A stretch of 64,000 bases of DNA, taken from positions 128,001-192,000 of the forward strand of contig CAVUVW010000017.1 in NCBI GenBank assembly GCA_963745035.1, given 5' to 3'. Under the pieces are notes generated by a model. It was not told the origin of the DNA. It was given only the letters and a program-made list of their open reading frames with translations, and made no database searches. Positions 50,584-62,015 of the stretch are shown one piece after another; positions within the stretch are counted from its first letter, which is position 1, and each line of letters begins with the position of its first letter. A program made the position numbers and the translations under genes. Source of the DNA: an uncultured delta proteobacterium (GTDB lineage: Bacteria > Desulfobacterota > Binatia > UBA9968).

Positions 50584-51570
50584 TCACTGAATCACTTTGA
50601 TCCGCCCGCGCCAGCACTTTCGGCGGAATCGTCACACCGATCTGCTTCGCCGTTTTTAGATTGATCACCAACTCGAACTTCGTCGGCTGCTCGACGGGAA
50701 GATCGGCGGGCTTGGCGCCTTTCAGAATCTTATCGACGTAAAAGGCGACGCGCCGGTAGCTGTCCGCGAGGTTCGCTCCGTAGGACATGAGCCCACCGGC
50801 ATCTACAGCTTCTCGGCTGTCATAAATCGACGGTAACCGGCTCTTTAACGCGAAGCTGCCGCAATGCGTTTTTGGTTATTTGTCTGCCCCTCGCGGGACC
50901 CGGAAAGTACGATCAAAGCGGCAGGGCGCTGCTTGAGCGCGGCGGAATATCTGCTCAGATATCACGCTCGCATCTCGTACCTCCAAAGGTTGGATAGTCA
51001 GCCCTAGGGCAAGGCGCGCTTGGAAGGAGCTTTTTCAATTCTCGTGCATTGGCTGCGGAGTGGCCGGCGGATCAGATAACAGCGACGCGGGCAACTTTGG
51101 GAACCGCTTCCTTGAGAAGCTCCAGCCTTTTACCGGTTATTTCCGCTGCAAGTTTGGAATGCCGGTAACGTTGCCGCCAGGTCGGGCAAGGCTGTCTACA
51201 AACAGGTCGCCGACAGGATCGGTACCCAGCGCCATAACGATGGGAATCGTCTTGGTCGCATCCTTGGCCGCTCGGAGTCCACTGGGTGCCCCTGTGATGA
51301 TGATATCGACCTTGAGACGCACGAGGTCAGCCGCAAGCTCCGGGCAGGCGATCGAGTTTCCCCTCTGCATAGCGGTACTCGATGGCGATGTTCTGTCCTT
51401 CGACGTAACCAATCTCGCGCAGAGCCATGCCGAAAAACCTCGAGACGACCGACATTCGCCGAAGCGGGGCTGTGCCAGATAAGCTATCCGGGGGATTTTC
51501 GTTGGCTTCTGCGCCTTGGCTGAAAAAAAGTTATCATCAAAGAGTAAGTAACCAGAATTTTTGAATTCAT
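50584..51570 (-). pseudogene. ABC_sub_bind SBP copy 2 (many frameshifts)
   Basis: MNSKILV start; [10 protein letters not shown]; [23 protein letters not shown]. Confidence 0.85.
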
Positions 51571-51619
51571 AGTTTTCGCTGTTTTCTACGACAACTGATT
51601 ACTGAACACTGGCACTGTT

Positions 51620-52622
51620 TCATTTGATTACCGATCCGCTCGCGCCAGGACATTCGGTGGAATCGTCAGACCGATCTGCTTCGCGGTTTTGAGATTGATC
51701 ACGAAATCAAATTTCGTCGGCCCCTCGACCGGTAGATCTGCGGGTTTTGTTCCTTTGAGGATTTTGTCCACGTAAGCGGCGACACGGCGATATATAAAGA
51801 TGTAGTCTGGTCCGTAGGACATGAGTCCGCCAGCTTCCACGAACTCCCTGTCTCCGTACATGGTTGGAAGGCGGCTCTTTCCCGCAAGTTCCGCGATCTG
51901 TGGGTGGTGAATAGCGGTAAGAGGATTCCTCAGAACGAGCAGTGCTTGAGCACGGCCCTTGCTGGCGGCTAGAATGCCGGTTCAATTTCCTTGGGAGTCT
52001 GTACATCTAGGTTTTGGATCTGCAGCCCGAACGTTTTGCGGCAACTTCCGTCTCTTTCAACACTTGTGGGTTGCCGGGGACTTTCGAATTACCGAAGAAA
52101 GCTACACGGGAGAGCTTGGGGATGGCCTCCTTCAGAACCTCCAGTCGCTTCCCGGCCAAGCTCGGCTGAAGTGAGGCAAGCCCCGTGATATTTCCGCCCG
52201 GCCGCGCCACGCTGGCGACGTAGCCCTGATCCGACAGGATCGCTAACGTTTGTAATGACGATGGGGATTGTTCTGGTAGCATTCTTAGCATGCGAGATTG
52301 CCGGACCTGCTGCCCAGATGACCTCAACATTGAGACGCACTAACTCCTCCGCAAGATTGGGTAGCCGGTCCACTTTTCCTTCGGCATAGCGGTATTCGAT
52401 GACGATATTCTTGCCTTCCAGGTAACCCAGATCGCGCATTGCCTGTTGAAATGTCTCGACCGGAAGAGTGCCAGGCGCATCGGCTCTCAGCACGCCTACT
52501 CTGCGGACCTTTGCAGGCTCCTGCGCCGACGCAGAATAGCTAAGCGCAAGGAGCATGGCGCAAAGCGCGATGGAGAAGAGGCTCTTGCTGACGACTGACC
52601 ACTGACTACTGACTACTTTCAT
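51620..52622 (-). CDS. ABC_sub_bind SBP copy 3 (frameshifted)
   Basis: ORF pieces 52089-52622, 52007-52330 and 51628-51861. Confidence 0.87.
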
Positions 52623-53605
52623 CGGATCACCTTATCCGCCCGCGCCAGCACATTCGGCGGAATCGTCAGGCCGATCTGCTTCGCCGCTTTCAGATTGATG
52701 ATCAACTCGAACTTCGTCGGTTGCTCCACCGGCAAGATCGGCGGGCTTGGCGCCTTTCAGAATCTTGTCCACGTAAGTGGCGGCGCGCCGGTACAAGTCG
52801 ATGATGCTCACGCCGTAGCTCATGAGCCCGCCGGCTTCCACAAACTGGCTCTGCGGATATATCGCCGGGAGCCGGCTCTTTACCGCGAGTTCTACAATCT
52901 GTGTTCGGTGAGAATGGAGACGCAGCTTGGCACCACATAAGGACTGCGTCAGCCCGCCCCTTGCCTGCGGCTCGGAATGCAGTCTCAATATCCTTTGGAA
53001 CCAGTACGTCTAGGTATTGAAGCTTGCACTCTGAACGCCCCTGCGGCGAGTTCCGTTTCTTTTAACGATTGTGCGTTGCCCGGCTGGGTCGAAGTCCCGA
53101 AGACGGCCACGCGGGAGAGCTTAGGAACGATCTCTTTCAAAAGCTCCAGTTGTTTTCCGCTTAGCTCCGGGCGCTGCGTTGACAATCCGGTAATGTTCCC
53201 GCCGGGTCGCGCAAGGCTGGCGACGAACCCGTTTCCAACCGGATCGGCATCCTGCGCCATGACAATGGGAATCGTAGTGGTTGCTTCCTTCGTGGCACGA
53301 GTCGGTAGCGGACCAGCCGTGACGATGACGTCTACCTTGAGACGCACTAGTTCGGCCGCAAGCGCGGGGAGGCGATCGAGTTTTCCCTCCGCATATCGAG
53401 TACTCAATGACAATATTTTTCCCCTCCACGTACCCAAGCTCGCGCAGACCCTGACGGAATGCCTCGATGCGGGCCGAGACAGTGGAAGGGCAGACAGCAT
53501 TAGGTATCCTATCCGGGGAACTTTCGTTGGCTGCTGCGCCTCGACAGACGAGCAAAGCGCAAAGAGCATGGCGCAAAGAGCAAGGACACGTGATTTTTTT
53601 TTCAT
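52619..53605 (-). CDS. ABC_sub_bind SBP copy 4 (frameshifted)
   Basis: ORF pieces 52985-53605 and 52632-52988; its TGA overlaps the ATG of copy 3. Confidence 0.87.
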
Positions 53606-53662
53606 GGCTTTTTCTCTGTCTCGATCTACTCGACCCTCGACACTCTGACACTCGCCTCCGTC

Positions 53663-54640
53663 TCACTTGATCACTTGATTCGCCCGCTCGAGCACGCGGC
53701 TCGGAATTGTCAGACCAATCTGTTTTGCCGCCTTAAGGTTAATGACGAATTCAAACTTCGTTGCCTGCTGCACCGGCAAATCAGCCGGTTTGGCGCCTTT
53801 CAAGATCTTGTCCACGTAAACAGCCGCGCGCCGATAGAGGTCATCGTAGTCCGCCCCGTAGGACATGAGACCGCCCTCATCGACAAACTCCTTCTGTGGG
53901 TAAATAGCCGGCAACCGGTATTTGCCGGCAAGCTCGACGATCCGCTTTCTTTCGGCGAAAAAGGGGCGAGTGGCGGTCGTCATAATCGCGTCGACCTGCT
54001 TCTGCTTTGCGGTTTGAAAGGCGCTCTCTAAACCTTTGGCGTCGGGTTGAGTCTCGATCTCCTCCAATTTTAGCTTCAGTGCCAGAGCCGCAGGCCTGAG
54101 CTCTTTCAGTTGGAGGTCTGCTGCTATGCCGCCTCCCGGCGGCCGCAGAAGTCCAACTCGGGCGAGCTTGGGGACCGCGTCCTTGAGTATCTCTAGCCTT
54201 TTGGTGTTTAGCTCGGGCGATAAACTCGAGAGCCCGGTGACATTGCCTCCCGGCCGCGCCAGACTGGCAACCAAACCTGCACCCACGGGGTCTCCAGCGT
54301 TCGTCATCACGATGGGGATGTCGTAGTGGTCGCTTTCTTGGCCGCCAACGCCGGCTGCCGTCCCTGCGACCACGATTAGATCAACCTTAAGACGAACCAG
54401 GTCCGCCGCAAGCTCAGGTAGGCGCTCATACTTTTGCTCGGCAAATCGGTACTCGATGGTGATATTCTTTCCCTCGATCCATCCAAGCTTGCTCAGCTCT
54501 TGCCGGAACGCCTCCACGAGGACCGCGCTACCAGAAGCAGTGCTTGTATCCAGGAAACCTATGCGGAAGATTTTCCCTGTCTGCTGCGCCTCGGCGGACG
54601 AGCAAAGCGCAAAGAGCATGGCGCAAAGCGCAGCAGACAA
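53663..54640 (-). CDS. ABC_sub_bind SBP copy 5 (continuous ORF; start uncertain)
   Basis: 325 aa; [32 protein letters not shown] and conserved tail. Confidence 0.93.
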   Translation of the reverse strand: MSAALCAMLFALCSSAEAQQTGKIFRIGFLDTSTASGSAVLVEAFRQELSKLGWIEGKNITIEYRFAEQKYERLPELAADLVRLKVDLIVVAGTAAGVGGQESDHYDIPIVMTNAGDPVGAGLVASLARPGGNVTGLSSLSPELNTKRLEILKDAVPKLARVGLLRPPGGGIAADLQLKELRPAALALKLKLEEIETQPDAKGLESAFQTAKQKQVDAIMTTATRPFFAERKRIVELAGKYRLPAIYPQKEFVDEGGLMSYGADYDDLYRRAAVYVDKILKGAKPADLPVQQATKFEFVINLKAAKQIGLTIPSRVLERANQVIK

Positions 54641-54693
54641 CGAGTTTCAGTTTCGTCCTGTTGCCTAATGCCTGTTGCCTGATCTGCCTGTTC

Positions 54694-55626
54694 TCACTTG
54701 ATCACCCTGTCCGCCCGCGCCAGCACGCTCGGCGGAATCGTCAGGCCGATCTGCTTCGCTGTTTTCAGATTGATCACCAGCTCGAATTTCGTCGGCTGCT
54801 CCACCGGCAGATCGGCAGGCTTGGCTCCCTTCAGGATCTTGTCCACGTAGATAGGCGACGCGCCGGTAGCTGTCCGCCAGGTCCGCCCCGTAGGACATGA
54901 GCCCACCGGCATCTACAGCTTCTCTGTTGGTGTACATCGACGGTAACCGGCTCTTTAACGCAAAGCCCACGATCCGTTTTGGTTAGCACTCATTAGCGCG
55001 CTCGCGGTCACATAGAGTCCATCCGGGCGCTCCTTGCTCAGCGCAGCAAATACCCTCTCGAAACCGTCCGCATCTCGTACCTCCCAAGACCGAACAGTCA
55101 ACCCCAGCGCACGCGCCGCGACCGGGAGAACCTCTTTCACCTCGACGTACACTGGCCGGATTGGCCGGATCGTAGAGAACCGCGACACGGGCAAGTTTGG
55201 GAACCGCTTCTTTGAGCAGCTCCAGCCGCTTCCCGCCTAGTTCTCTGGAAAGGTTGTAACGCCGGTGACGTTGCCGCCGGGACGGGCAAGGCTTTCAACC
55301 AGGCCTGCCTCGACAGGATCGGACCCAACGCCCAACATAACGATGGGAATCGTCTTGGTCGCATTCTTGGCCGCCCGGATCAGCAAGTCCCCTCCTGCTA
55401 CCACGATGATATCAACTTTGAGACGCACCAGCTCGGCCGCAAGCTCAGGGAACCGATCGAGCTTCCCCTCCGCATATCGGTACTCGATGGCGATGTTCTG
55501 TCCTTCGATGTAGCCGAGCTCGCGCAGAGCCAGCCGAATTGCCTCGGAACGGGTGGAATCGCTAGCTGGATCCGTCCCGATAGATACCCTATCCGCGGGA
55601 CTTTCTTCGGCTGCTGCGCCTCGGCG
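54694..55626 (-). CDS. ABC_sub_bind SBP copy 6 (leader deleted, fused to copy 7; frameshifted)
   Basis: Begins at [15 protein letters not shown] directly after SYRRV of copy 7; ends [10 protein letters not shown]. Confidence 0.85.
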
Positions 55627-56544
55627 ACGCGCCGGTAGCTGTCCGCGAGGTCCGCCCCGTAGGACATGAGCCCGCCGGCATCTACAGCTTCTCTGCTGCC
55701 GTACATCGACGGTAACCGGCTCTTTAACGCAAAGGCCGCGATCCGTTTTCCGTTAGCACCCATTAGCGGCCGCCCGGCGGCACATAGAGTCCATCCGGGC
55801 GCTGCTTGCCCATCGCAGCAAAAACACTCTCGAAACCGTCCGCAGCTCGTACCTCCCAAGGCTGAATAGTCAACCCCAGCGCACGCGCCGCGGCTGGGAG
55901 AACTTCTTTCACCTCGGGTACGCTGGCCGGATTGGTCGGATCGTAGAGAACCGCGACACGGGCAAGTTTGGGAACGGCTTCTTTGAGCAGCTCCAGCCGC
56001 TTACCGCCTAGTTCTCCGTAGTAATGTTTGTAACGCCGGTGACGTTGCCGCCGGGACGGGCAAGGCTTTCAACCAGGCCTGCCTCAACAGGATCGGACCC
56101 AGGGCCCACCATAACGATGGGAATCGTCTTGGTCGCATTCTTGGCCGCCTGGATCCACGGGTCCCCTCCTGCTACCACGATGATATCGACCTTGAGACGC
56201 ACCAACTCGGCCGCAAGCGCGGCGCCCGATCGACGCTTCCCCTCGGCATATCGGTACTCGATGGCGATGTTCTGTCCTTCAATGTGGCCAAGCTCGCGCA
56301 GAGCCAGCCGAATTGCCTCGGAACGGGTGGACTCAATAGCTGGATCGTCGCGACGATAGATACCCTATCCGAGGGACTTTCTTCGGCTGCTGCGCCTCGG
56401 CCACTGCCCCAGCAACGCGAACGCGACAGCGAGAGCGAGAATGCCCGCCATTTTGATTTTGGACCTTCGATAAGACTCAGAACAGGTTTTGGATCTTCGA
56501 TTGTCGGAGTGAGATCGAAATAGCTGCCCGATTATTTCAAGCAT
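55623..56544 (-). CDS. ABC_sub_bind SBP copy 7 (C-terminus deleted; frameshifted)
   Basis: Leader MAGILALAVAF at 56451 or extended start at 56544; body very similar to copy 6; stops at SYRRVA. Confidence 0.83.
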
Positions 56545-56591
56545 CTTCGCATCTACTCATCCAATCGTCTGACTTAACCTCTGCCTCTGGC

Positions 56592-57623
56592 TCACTTGAT
56601 CACCTGATTCGCCCGCTCCAGCACGCGACTCGGAATTGTCAGACCGATCTGTTTTGCCGCCTTGAGATTGATGATGAATTCAAACTTCGTTGCCTGCTGC
56701 ACCGGCAAATCAGCCGGTTTGGCGCCTTTCAAGATCTTGTCCACGTAACCAGCCGCGCGCCGATAGAGGTCATCGTAGTCCGCCCCATAGGACATGAGGC
56801 CGCCCTCATCGACAAACTCCTTCTGTGGGTAAATAGCCGGCAACCGGTATTTGCCGGCAAGCTCGACGATCCGCTTTCTTTCGGCGAAAAAGGGGCGAGT
56901 GGTGATCGTCATAATCGCGTCGACCTGCTTCTGCTTTGCGGTTTGAAAGGCGCTCTCTAAACCTTTGGCATCGGGTTGAGTCTCGATCTCCTCCAATTTT
57001 AGCTTCAGTGCCAGAGCCGCAGGCCTGAGCTCTTTCAGTTGGAGGTCTGCTGCTACGCTCCCGCCGGCCGCAGAAGTCCAACTCGGGCGAGCTTGGGGAC
57101 CGCGTCCTTAAGTATCTCTAGCCTTTTGGTATTTAGCTCGGGCGTTAAACTCGAGAGCCCGGTGACATTGCCTCCCGGCCGCGCCAGACTGGCAACCAAA
57201 CCTGCACCCACAGGGTCCGCAGCGTTCGTCATCACGATGGGGATGGTAGTAGTCGCTTTCTTCGCCGCTAACGCCGCGGTGTCCCTGAGACCACAATCAG
57301 ATCAACCTTAAGACGAACCAAGTCCGCCGCAAGCTCAGGCAGGCGCTCATTCTTTTGCTCTGCAAATCGGTACTCGATGGTGATATTCTTTCCCTCAATC
57401 CATCCAAGCTTGCTCAGCTCTTGCCGGAACGCGTCCACGAGGACCGCGCTACCGGAAGCAGTGCTATTATCCAGGAAACCTATGCGGAAGATTTTCCCTG
57501 TCTGCTGCGCCTCAGACGGCACCACAAAGCGCAAAGAGCATGAGCGCAAAACGCCGCCAGATCAAGATTTTGGATTTTAGATTCTGATTGCCGTAACTGA
57601 GCCTGATTTCCTCGTTGTCCTCA
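56592..57623 (-). CDS. ABC_sub_bind SBP copy 8 (frameshifted; near-identical to copy 5; start uncertain)
   Basis: ORF pieces 57268-57549, 57053-57235 and 56592-56996. Confidence 0.88.
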
Positions 57624-57628
57624 ATCGA

Positions 57629-58687
57629 TCACTTGATCACCTTATCCGCCCGCGCCAGCACGTTCTGCGGAATCGTCAGGCCGATCTGCTTCGCGGTTTT
57701 GAGATTGATCACCAGCTCGAACTTTGTCGGCTGCTCGACTGGCAGGTCGGCAGGCTTGGCGCCTTTCAGGATTTTGTCGACGTAGGTGGCGACGCGCCGG
57801 TAGCTGTCGGGGAGGTCCGCGCCGTAGGACATGAGCCCACCGCCATTTACATCTTCTCTGCTGTCTCGTCGATGGTAACCGGCTCTTTAACGCAAAGGCC
57901 ACAATGCGTTTTTGGTTAGCATTTAGGAGCGGGCCCCCCGCGACGTAAAGTCCATCCGGGCGCTCCTTACTTAGCGCCGCGAATACCTGCTCGAAACCGC
58001 CCGCAGCTCGTACCTCCCAAGCTTGGACAGCCAACTTCAGGGCGAGAGCCGCGACGTGGAAGGTCTTCTTTCACCTCGACATATTGGCTGGAGTGGCCGG
58101 CTGGTAGATAACCGCGACACGGGCAACTTTGGGAACTGCTTCCTTCAGGAGCTCCAGCCTCTTACCGCCTAATTTTCCGTCGAGATTTGTGAGCCCGGTA
58201 ACATTGACGCCCGGCCGGGCGAGGCTTTCAATTAGGCCTGCCTCAACAGGGTCGTTCCCGGCGCCCACCATAACGATGGGAATCGTCTTGGTCGCATCCT
58301 TTGCCGCCCTGATCCAATGGATCCCTCCCGCTATGATCATGATGTCGACCTTGAGACGCACCAAGTCGGCCGCAAGCTCGGGAAGCGCGCTCGGTTTTCC
58401 CCTCGGAATAGCGGTACTCGAAGTCGATATTCTGTCCTTCTATGTAGCCAAGCTCCCGCAGAGCCAACCGAATTCCCTCAGCGCGAGCGGACTCATGAGA
58501 TGGGTCCCGCGAAGATATGTAGCCAATCCGGGTGAGTTTCTTCGGCTGCTGCGCCAGTGCCACAGCCACAACCAACACGAGCATGTAAACGATTACCGAA
58601 AGCCCCAACCATTTTCGATTTTGGATTGCTCGATTTTGGATTAGCAGATAAAGAAATCAGAATTCGGAGCCACGAGTTTTCACTCAT
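57629..58687 (-). CDS. ABC_sub_bind SBP copy 9 (frameshifted)
   Basis: ORF pieces 58243-58608, 58071-58364, 57642-58034 and 57629-57832. Confidence 0.87.
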
Positions 58688-58731
58688 ACGTTTTTCTCTC
58701 AATCCAAAATCCAAAATCGAAAATCCAAAAT
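58611..58731. repeat. heptamer inverted repeat (GATTTTG / CAAAATC) bracketing the start of copy 9
   Basis: attttcgattttggattgctcgattttggatt ... aatccaaaatccaaaatcgaaaatccaaaat. Confidence 0.8.
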
Positions 58732-59726
58732 TCACTTAATGACCTTGTCCGCCCTGGCCAGCACATTGGGAGGAATTGTGAGACCGATCTGCTTTGCCGC
58801 TTTTAAGTTAATGACCAGCTCGAACTTCGTCGGCTGCTCTACTGGCAATTCGGCAGGTTTGGCGCCCTTCAAGATCTTGTCTACGTAGATTGCGGCACGT
58901 CGATACTGCTCTGGCTGGCTCGATCCATAGGACCATCAGACCGCCGGCGCGAATCCATTCCTGCTCCGGGTACATCGACGGCAGGCGGTACTTGCTGGCT
59001 AATTCGACCAGCCGCGTTCGGTGCCGATTGAAGACACCGCCCGTTCGAACTATCAGTGCTTGGGCTCGGCCCTTCGCTATCGATCGGAATGCATTGTCGA
59101 AATCGTCAGGCCCTAGCGCCACAACCGATTGAAGCTGAACACCGAACGCTCGGGCTGCTTCGTCGGCGTGTTTCTTTACCTCGCGTGTACGAGACTGGAT
59201 CTGATCCAAAAGAAGAGCCATGCGGGAAGCTTTGGGAACTACTTCTTTCAGCAGCTCTACACGTTTCCCTGCCAATTGACTGCTAATGTTGGTGAGGCCG
59301 GTGACGTTGGCGCCGGGTCGCGCCAAGTCGGCAACAAGCCCGCCCGTAACGGGATCATCGCCATTGCCCATAATAATGGGAATTGTGCTTGTTGCCTTTT
59401 GAGCTGCACGAGTTGTCGCGGTCCCGCTTGTGACGATAATGTCGACGTTCTGACGGACAGCTTCGGCGATGCGCTCATTAGCGCGTTCCGGCTGGAGCTC
59501 GAGCCATAAAAATCTCGACGAAAACATTTGTCCCTTCAATGTAACCGAGCTCGCGCAATCCCTGGAGAAAAGCTGCGATATTAACCTGTCCCCCTGGATC
59601 ACCGGAACGCTCGGGTCGTGTAAGCACGATCCTCGGAATCTTCTTCGTCGGCTGTTGCGCTTCGGCGTGAGAGGCAAAGCGCAAAGAGCATGGCGCAAAG
59701 AGCAAGGCAGAAATCTTTCGCTTCAT
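58732..59726 (-). CDS. ABC_sub_bind SBP copy 10 (frameshifted, divergent subtype)
   Basis: MKRKISAL leader; ORF 58808-59698 body; tail [10 protein letters not shown]. Confidence 0.87.
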
Positions 59727-59768
59727 CTGTTTCACCATCACTCTCTTACGCCTCGACGTGCTCCATTC

Positions 59769-60755
59769 TCACTTGATCACCTTATCCGCTCTCGCCAGCA
59801 CATTGGGAGGAATCGTCAGACCGATCTGCTTCGCCGCTTTCAGATTGATCACCAGCTCGAACTTCGTCGGCTGCTCCACCGGAAGATCGGCGGGCTTGGC
59901 GCCTTTAAGGATCTTGTCGACCATCGAAGCGGCGCGCCTGTAGGGTTCGTCCTGGTCGGCTCCGTACGACATCAAACCCCCGCTTTCGACAAAATCTCCC
60001 CGAAAGTACATCGCCGGCAGCCGGTTTTTTGTCGCCAAGTCCGCGATCAGTTTTTGATGAGAAGTCGCCAACGTGTGCTGCGTCACGGCGAGCGCTGCGC
60101 TACGCGCCTTGATCGCCTCTTTGAACGCGCCCTCGTATTGGTCGGCGCTGCTGACCTCCATGGAATGAAGTTGCAGACCCAGTTCTCGTGCCGGCAGTTG
60201 GCTTTCTTTCCATTGTTGCGCAGCGCCTGGATTTTGTGGATCCCACAGCACCGCAACGCGGGAGAGTTTGGGAACGGTTTCCTTGAGTAACTCCAGCCGT
60301 TTGCCCGCCAAAACCGCCGCAATGTTGGTGAACCCCGTGATATTTCCCCCAGGCCGCGCCAGGCTGTCCACTAGCCCAGCCGCAACGGGATCAGACACGG
60401 CTCCAATAAAAACGATGGGGATCGTCCTGGTAGCGTTCTTGAGAGCCAAGGCCCCATTCCCCCCGGGCGTGAGGAGCACATCAACTTTGAGACGAACCAG
60501 CTCATCAGCCAGGCCCGGGAGCCGGTCGAGCTTATCGTCAGCGGATCGACGCTCGAAAGTTATGTTCTTACCCTCAACATAGCCAAGTTTACGGAACTCT
60601 CGCAGGAATAGATCGATCCTAGCGGTTGAAGCAGCGGACCCGGGTGAGAGCCAGCCGATCTTCGGCATCTTTCCCTGCTGCTGCGCCTCGGCGTGCGAAG
60701 CAAAGCGCAAAGAGCAGGCGCCAAAAGCACAGAAGACCAAGATTCTTTTCTTCAT
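59769..60755 (-). CDS. ABC_sub_bind SBP copy 11 (continuous ORF)
   Basis: Full-length ORF from MKKRILVF to [10 protein letters not shown]. Confidence 0.93.
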   Translation of the reverse strand: MKKRILVFCAFGACSLRFASHAEAQQQGKMPKIGWLSPGSAASTARIDLFLREFRKLGYVEGKNITFERRSADDKLDRLPGLADELVRLKVDVLLTPGGNGALALKNATRTIPIVFIGAVSDPVAAGLVDSLARPGGNITGFTNIAAVLAGKRLELLKETVPKLSRVAVLWDPQNPGAAQQWKESQLPARELGLQLHSMEVSSADQYEGAFKEAIKARSAALAVTQHTLATSHQKLIADLATKNRLPAMYFRGDFVESGGLMSYGADQDEPYRRAASMVDKILKGAKPADLPVEQPTKFELVINLKAAKQIGLTIPPNVLARADKVIK

Positions 60756-60802
60756 CTGTTGCACGTCCCTCGTGCCTGACACTCTGACATTCGCTCACCT
60801 TC

Positions 60803-61771
60803 TCATTGATCACCTCGATCCGCTCTCGCCAAAACGTTCGGCGGAATCGTCAGGCCGATCTGCTTGGCTGTTTTTAGATTGATCACCAGTTCGAACTTCG
60901 TCGGCTGCTCCACCGGTAGGTCGGCGGGCTTGGCGCCTTTCAGAATTTTGTCGACATAGGTGGCTGCGCGGCGGAATGAGTCTAGCCGGTTCGCATCGTA
61001 GCTCATCAGAAAACCCGCATCCACGTCGTTGTACATTGCCGGTAAGCGGCTTTTTATCGCTAGCTCCGCAATACGTTTTTGATGAAAATTAACGAACGCT
61101 CCGGATCTCACTATCAAAGCGTCAGCACGCTCTCTGGCCGTGGCTCGAAATGCGTCATCGAGATCATCTGGAGTTCGGACCTCTAAGATTTGCAGTTTGA
61201 GCCCCAACGCCTGGGCCGTTGCTTTGAGCCTCTTTATTAGTGGGGTCCACACGGGTTTCCGGATTAAACAGGATAGCTACGCGGTTAGCTTTGGGAACGG
61301 CCTCTTTAAGGAGCTCTAGCCTTTTCCCAACTAACTCAGATGGGTGGCTGATTAGCCCCGTGATGTTTCCACCCGGCCGCGCGAGGCTCTTGACGAACCC
61401 AAGCCGCACAACATCGCCGCCGTTTGTCATCACAATGGGGATCTCTTTGGTCGCGTTTTTGGCAGCTGCGGTCGCCTCACTTCCGCGGCAACGATAAGGT
61501 CGAGCTTGAGACGGATTAGCTCGGATGCAAGGTTCGGCAGCCGTTCAAGCTTCCCCTCGGCGTATCGGTACTCAATAACGATGTCCTTCCCTCAACGTAA
61601 CCCAGGTCGCGCAGCCCTTGCCGCAATGCGTCGATGCGGGCCGAGAAAGTGGCAGAGGAACCAGGAACAAGAAAACCTAGGTGAGCCTATCTTTGATTGC
61701 TGCGCCGCGGAGAACGAGTAAAGCGCAAAGAGCGTAGCGCAAAGAGTGAGAAACGAGATTGTTTTCTTCAT
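60803..61771 (-). CDS. ABC_sub_bind SBP copy 12 (frameshifted)
   Basis: MKKTISFLTLCATLFAL leader; ORF pieces 61164-61433 and 60803-61252. Confidence 0.87.
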
Positions 61772-61816
61772 GTCTTTTTTCTTATTGCCTAGTGCCTATT
61801 GACAGGTGCCTTGGTG

Positions 61817-61861
61817 TCACTTGATCACCCTGTCCGCCCGCGCCAGCACATTTGCTGGAAT
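61817..61861 (-). pseudogene. isolated 3'-terminal remnant of an array gene ([14 protein letters not shown])
   Basis: att cca gca aat gtg ctg gcg cgg gcg gac agg gtg atc aag tga with no upstream gene body. Confidence 0.85.
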
Positions 61862-61871
61862 CCATCTAAAG

Positions 61872-62008
61872 AAAATCCGAAATCCGAATATCGAAATCCG
61901 AAACAAACGGACGCGAAAGCGGACTTTGAGTTCCCGAGCACCGTTTTAGAGTTTTGCCCTTGGTCGTTTCGATTTGTTTCGAGCTTCGGATTTCGAATTT
62001 CGGGTTTT
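61872..62008. repeat. heptamer-period inverted repeat (AATCCGA / TCGGATT)
   Basis: aaaatccgaaatccgaatatcgaaatccgaaacaaa ... tttgtttcgagcttcggatttcgaatttcgggtttt. Confidence 0.8.
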
Positions 62009-62015
62009 AAACAGA

